Positions 62,910-64,000 of a stretch of 64,000 nt of DNA are shown piece after piece. Position 1 is the first letter of the stretch. Every line of letters begins with the position of its first letter. This stretch comes from Octopus sinensis. Its lineage: Eukaryota. A program made the translations under genes and the position numbers. Under the pieces are notes generated by a model, which was not told where the DNA came from, ran no database searches, and worked only from the letters and a program-made list of their open reading frames with translations. Location of the stretch: contig NC_042998.1 of NCBI RefSeq assembly GCF_006345805.1, positions 205,096,001-205,160,000 of the forward strand, written 5' to 3'.

Positions 62910-63460
62910 AAGCAATTGTATATTCGCTATGCTGCACCTATAAGACTTGGACAGTTTACAAATGTCACAGCAAAAAGCTAAACCTCTTCCCCATGAACTG
63001 CCTGAGAAAGATGATGAAAGTGATGTGGCAGGACTAAGGTCCTAGTCATAGAGATCCTCTCTGGAGCTGATCTGCCAAGCATTTAAACATTGCTGAGCAG
63101 AGCACAAATCAGGTGGGCAAGCCATTTTGTTCGAATGCCTGACACAATGTGGACTGAAAAATTACTTCAAGGGCACATGCAAAGCCTCACTGAAGAGCTT
63201 TGGGATCAACCCTGACACCTAGAAATGCAAGCACAAAACTCTCCTTCCTGGTGAAGCTGCACCAACAGGTGTCACCTCCGATGAATTGAACAGGATTTCA
63301 GGGGCACCAAAAAATCCAAAAAAAACATAAACTATGCCAGTCCAGAGCCAATACCTTACCTTTAGTCCCAATAGACTGTCAGTGCCTAACCTGTGGCAGA
63401 GCCCGCCAAGCATGCATCGGACTGATGGGCCACAGCCGGACACTCCATGCCCTGCCCTCT
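62910..63460 (+). mobile_element. Degraded BovB-like RTE 3' fragment
   Basis: AQIRWASHFVRMPD...KASLKSFGINPDT...CLTCGRARQACIGLMGHSRTLH matches the BovB-type C-terminal CxxC...H zinc motif. Confidence 0.75.
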
Positions 63461-64000
63461 TTTCCTATGTGATGTCCTTGGTCATTGCCAACAATGACAG
63501 ACAAACTAATAAAAATAATAATAATGGGTATATATCTAGTTCTTTGAACCACAGAACAACCAACTCATTGAATCACCATCCAAAGTGGGTGAGTATTCTA
63601 GAGTAGCATCTACCCTTAACATAGAATCAATATAACACTTGAATTACAGGAAATGTCATTCCAAAGGCTTCAGAACAGTTTCTTCTCTCTACTTTCGTCT
63701 GTAGGTTTCAGCTAACTCACGTCTACAGTAGAAGTGTTCTTCCAAGGTGCCTCACTGTAAGATTGAACCATCAATCCCAGAATCACAAAGTGGACTTCTT
63801 AACCACTTGGCCACATATGTCCAGCGTCCTTAACAACTACCTGAACTCCTTCAGTACCAGGCCACTTTCCAGGATTATGGGTTACCATTGGTGACCTGTT
63901 ATTTGTACGATTCAGGACCACCACCTCAGACTGTTTGCTCATGTTGTTCAATTTTCCAAGTTCGACCCTGCTGACCGTTTCCTCTTCACTGAAGATCTGG

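Overview
A 64 kb AT-rich, microsatellite-dense animal genomic segment with no host protein-coding gene that I can recognise; it reads as intergenic DNA or a very large intron. The SINE/RTE repertoire and (CA)n/(TA)n/(GAT)n density suggest an octopod cephalopod (inference from recalled repeat families, not a search). Contents: (i) many tRNA-headed SINEs of three families; (ii) RTE LINE remnants, including a 2.5 kb 5'-truncated copy whose ORF2 carries a PHD-like C4HC3 finger just after the RT core, and many 3' ends with a VNTR and (GAT)n tail; (iii) R4/Dong-like RLE retroelement fragments ending in (TAA)n, plus CR1, BovB-like and Penelope GIY-YIG fragments; (iv) DNA transposons: a two-ended but decayed 2.7 kb hAT inserted into a SINE A box, maT (DD37D) and mariner remnants, and putative piggyBac, Helitron and MITE/foldback elements; (v) two short related elements with minimal hammerhead-ribozyme-like folds and non-canonical cores; (vi) two repeat-free candidate regulatory islands (CpG/GC-box island at ~29.3 kb; TCF/LEF cluster with possible TATA and first exon at ~42.6-43.3 kb). 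Nearly all ORFs in the supplied track are microsatellite or repeat artefacts. Ends of degraded elements are approximate.
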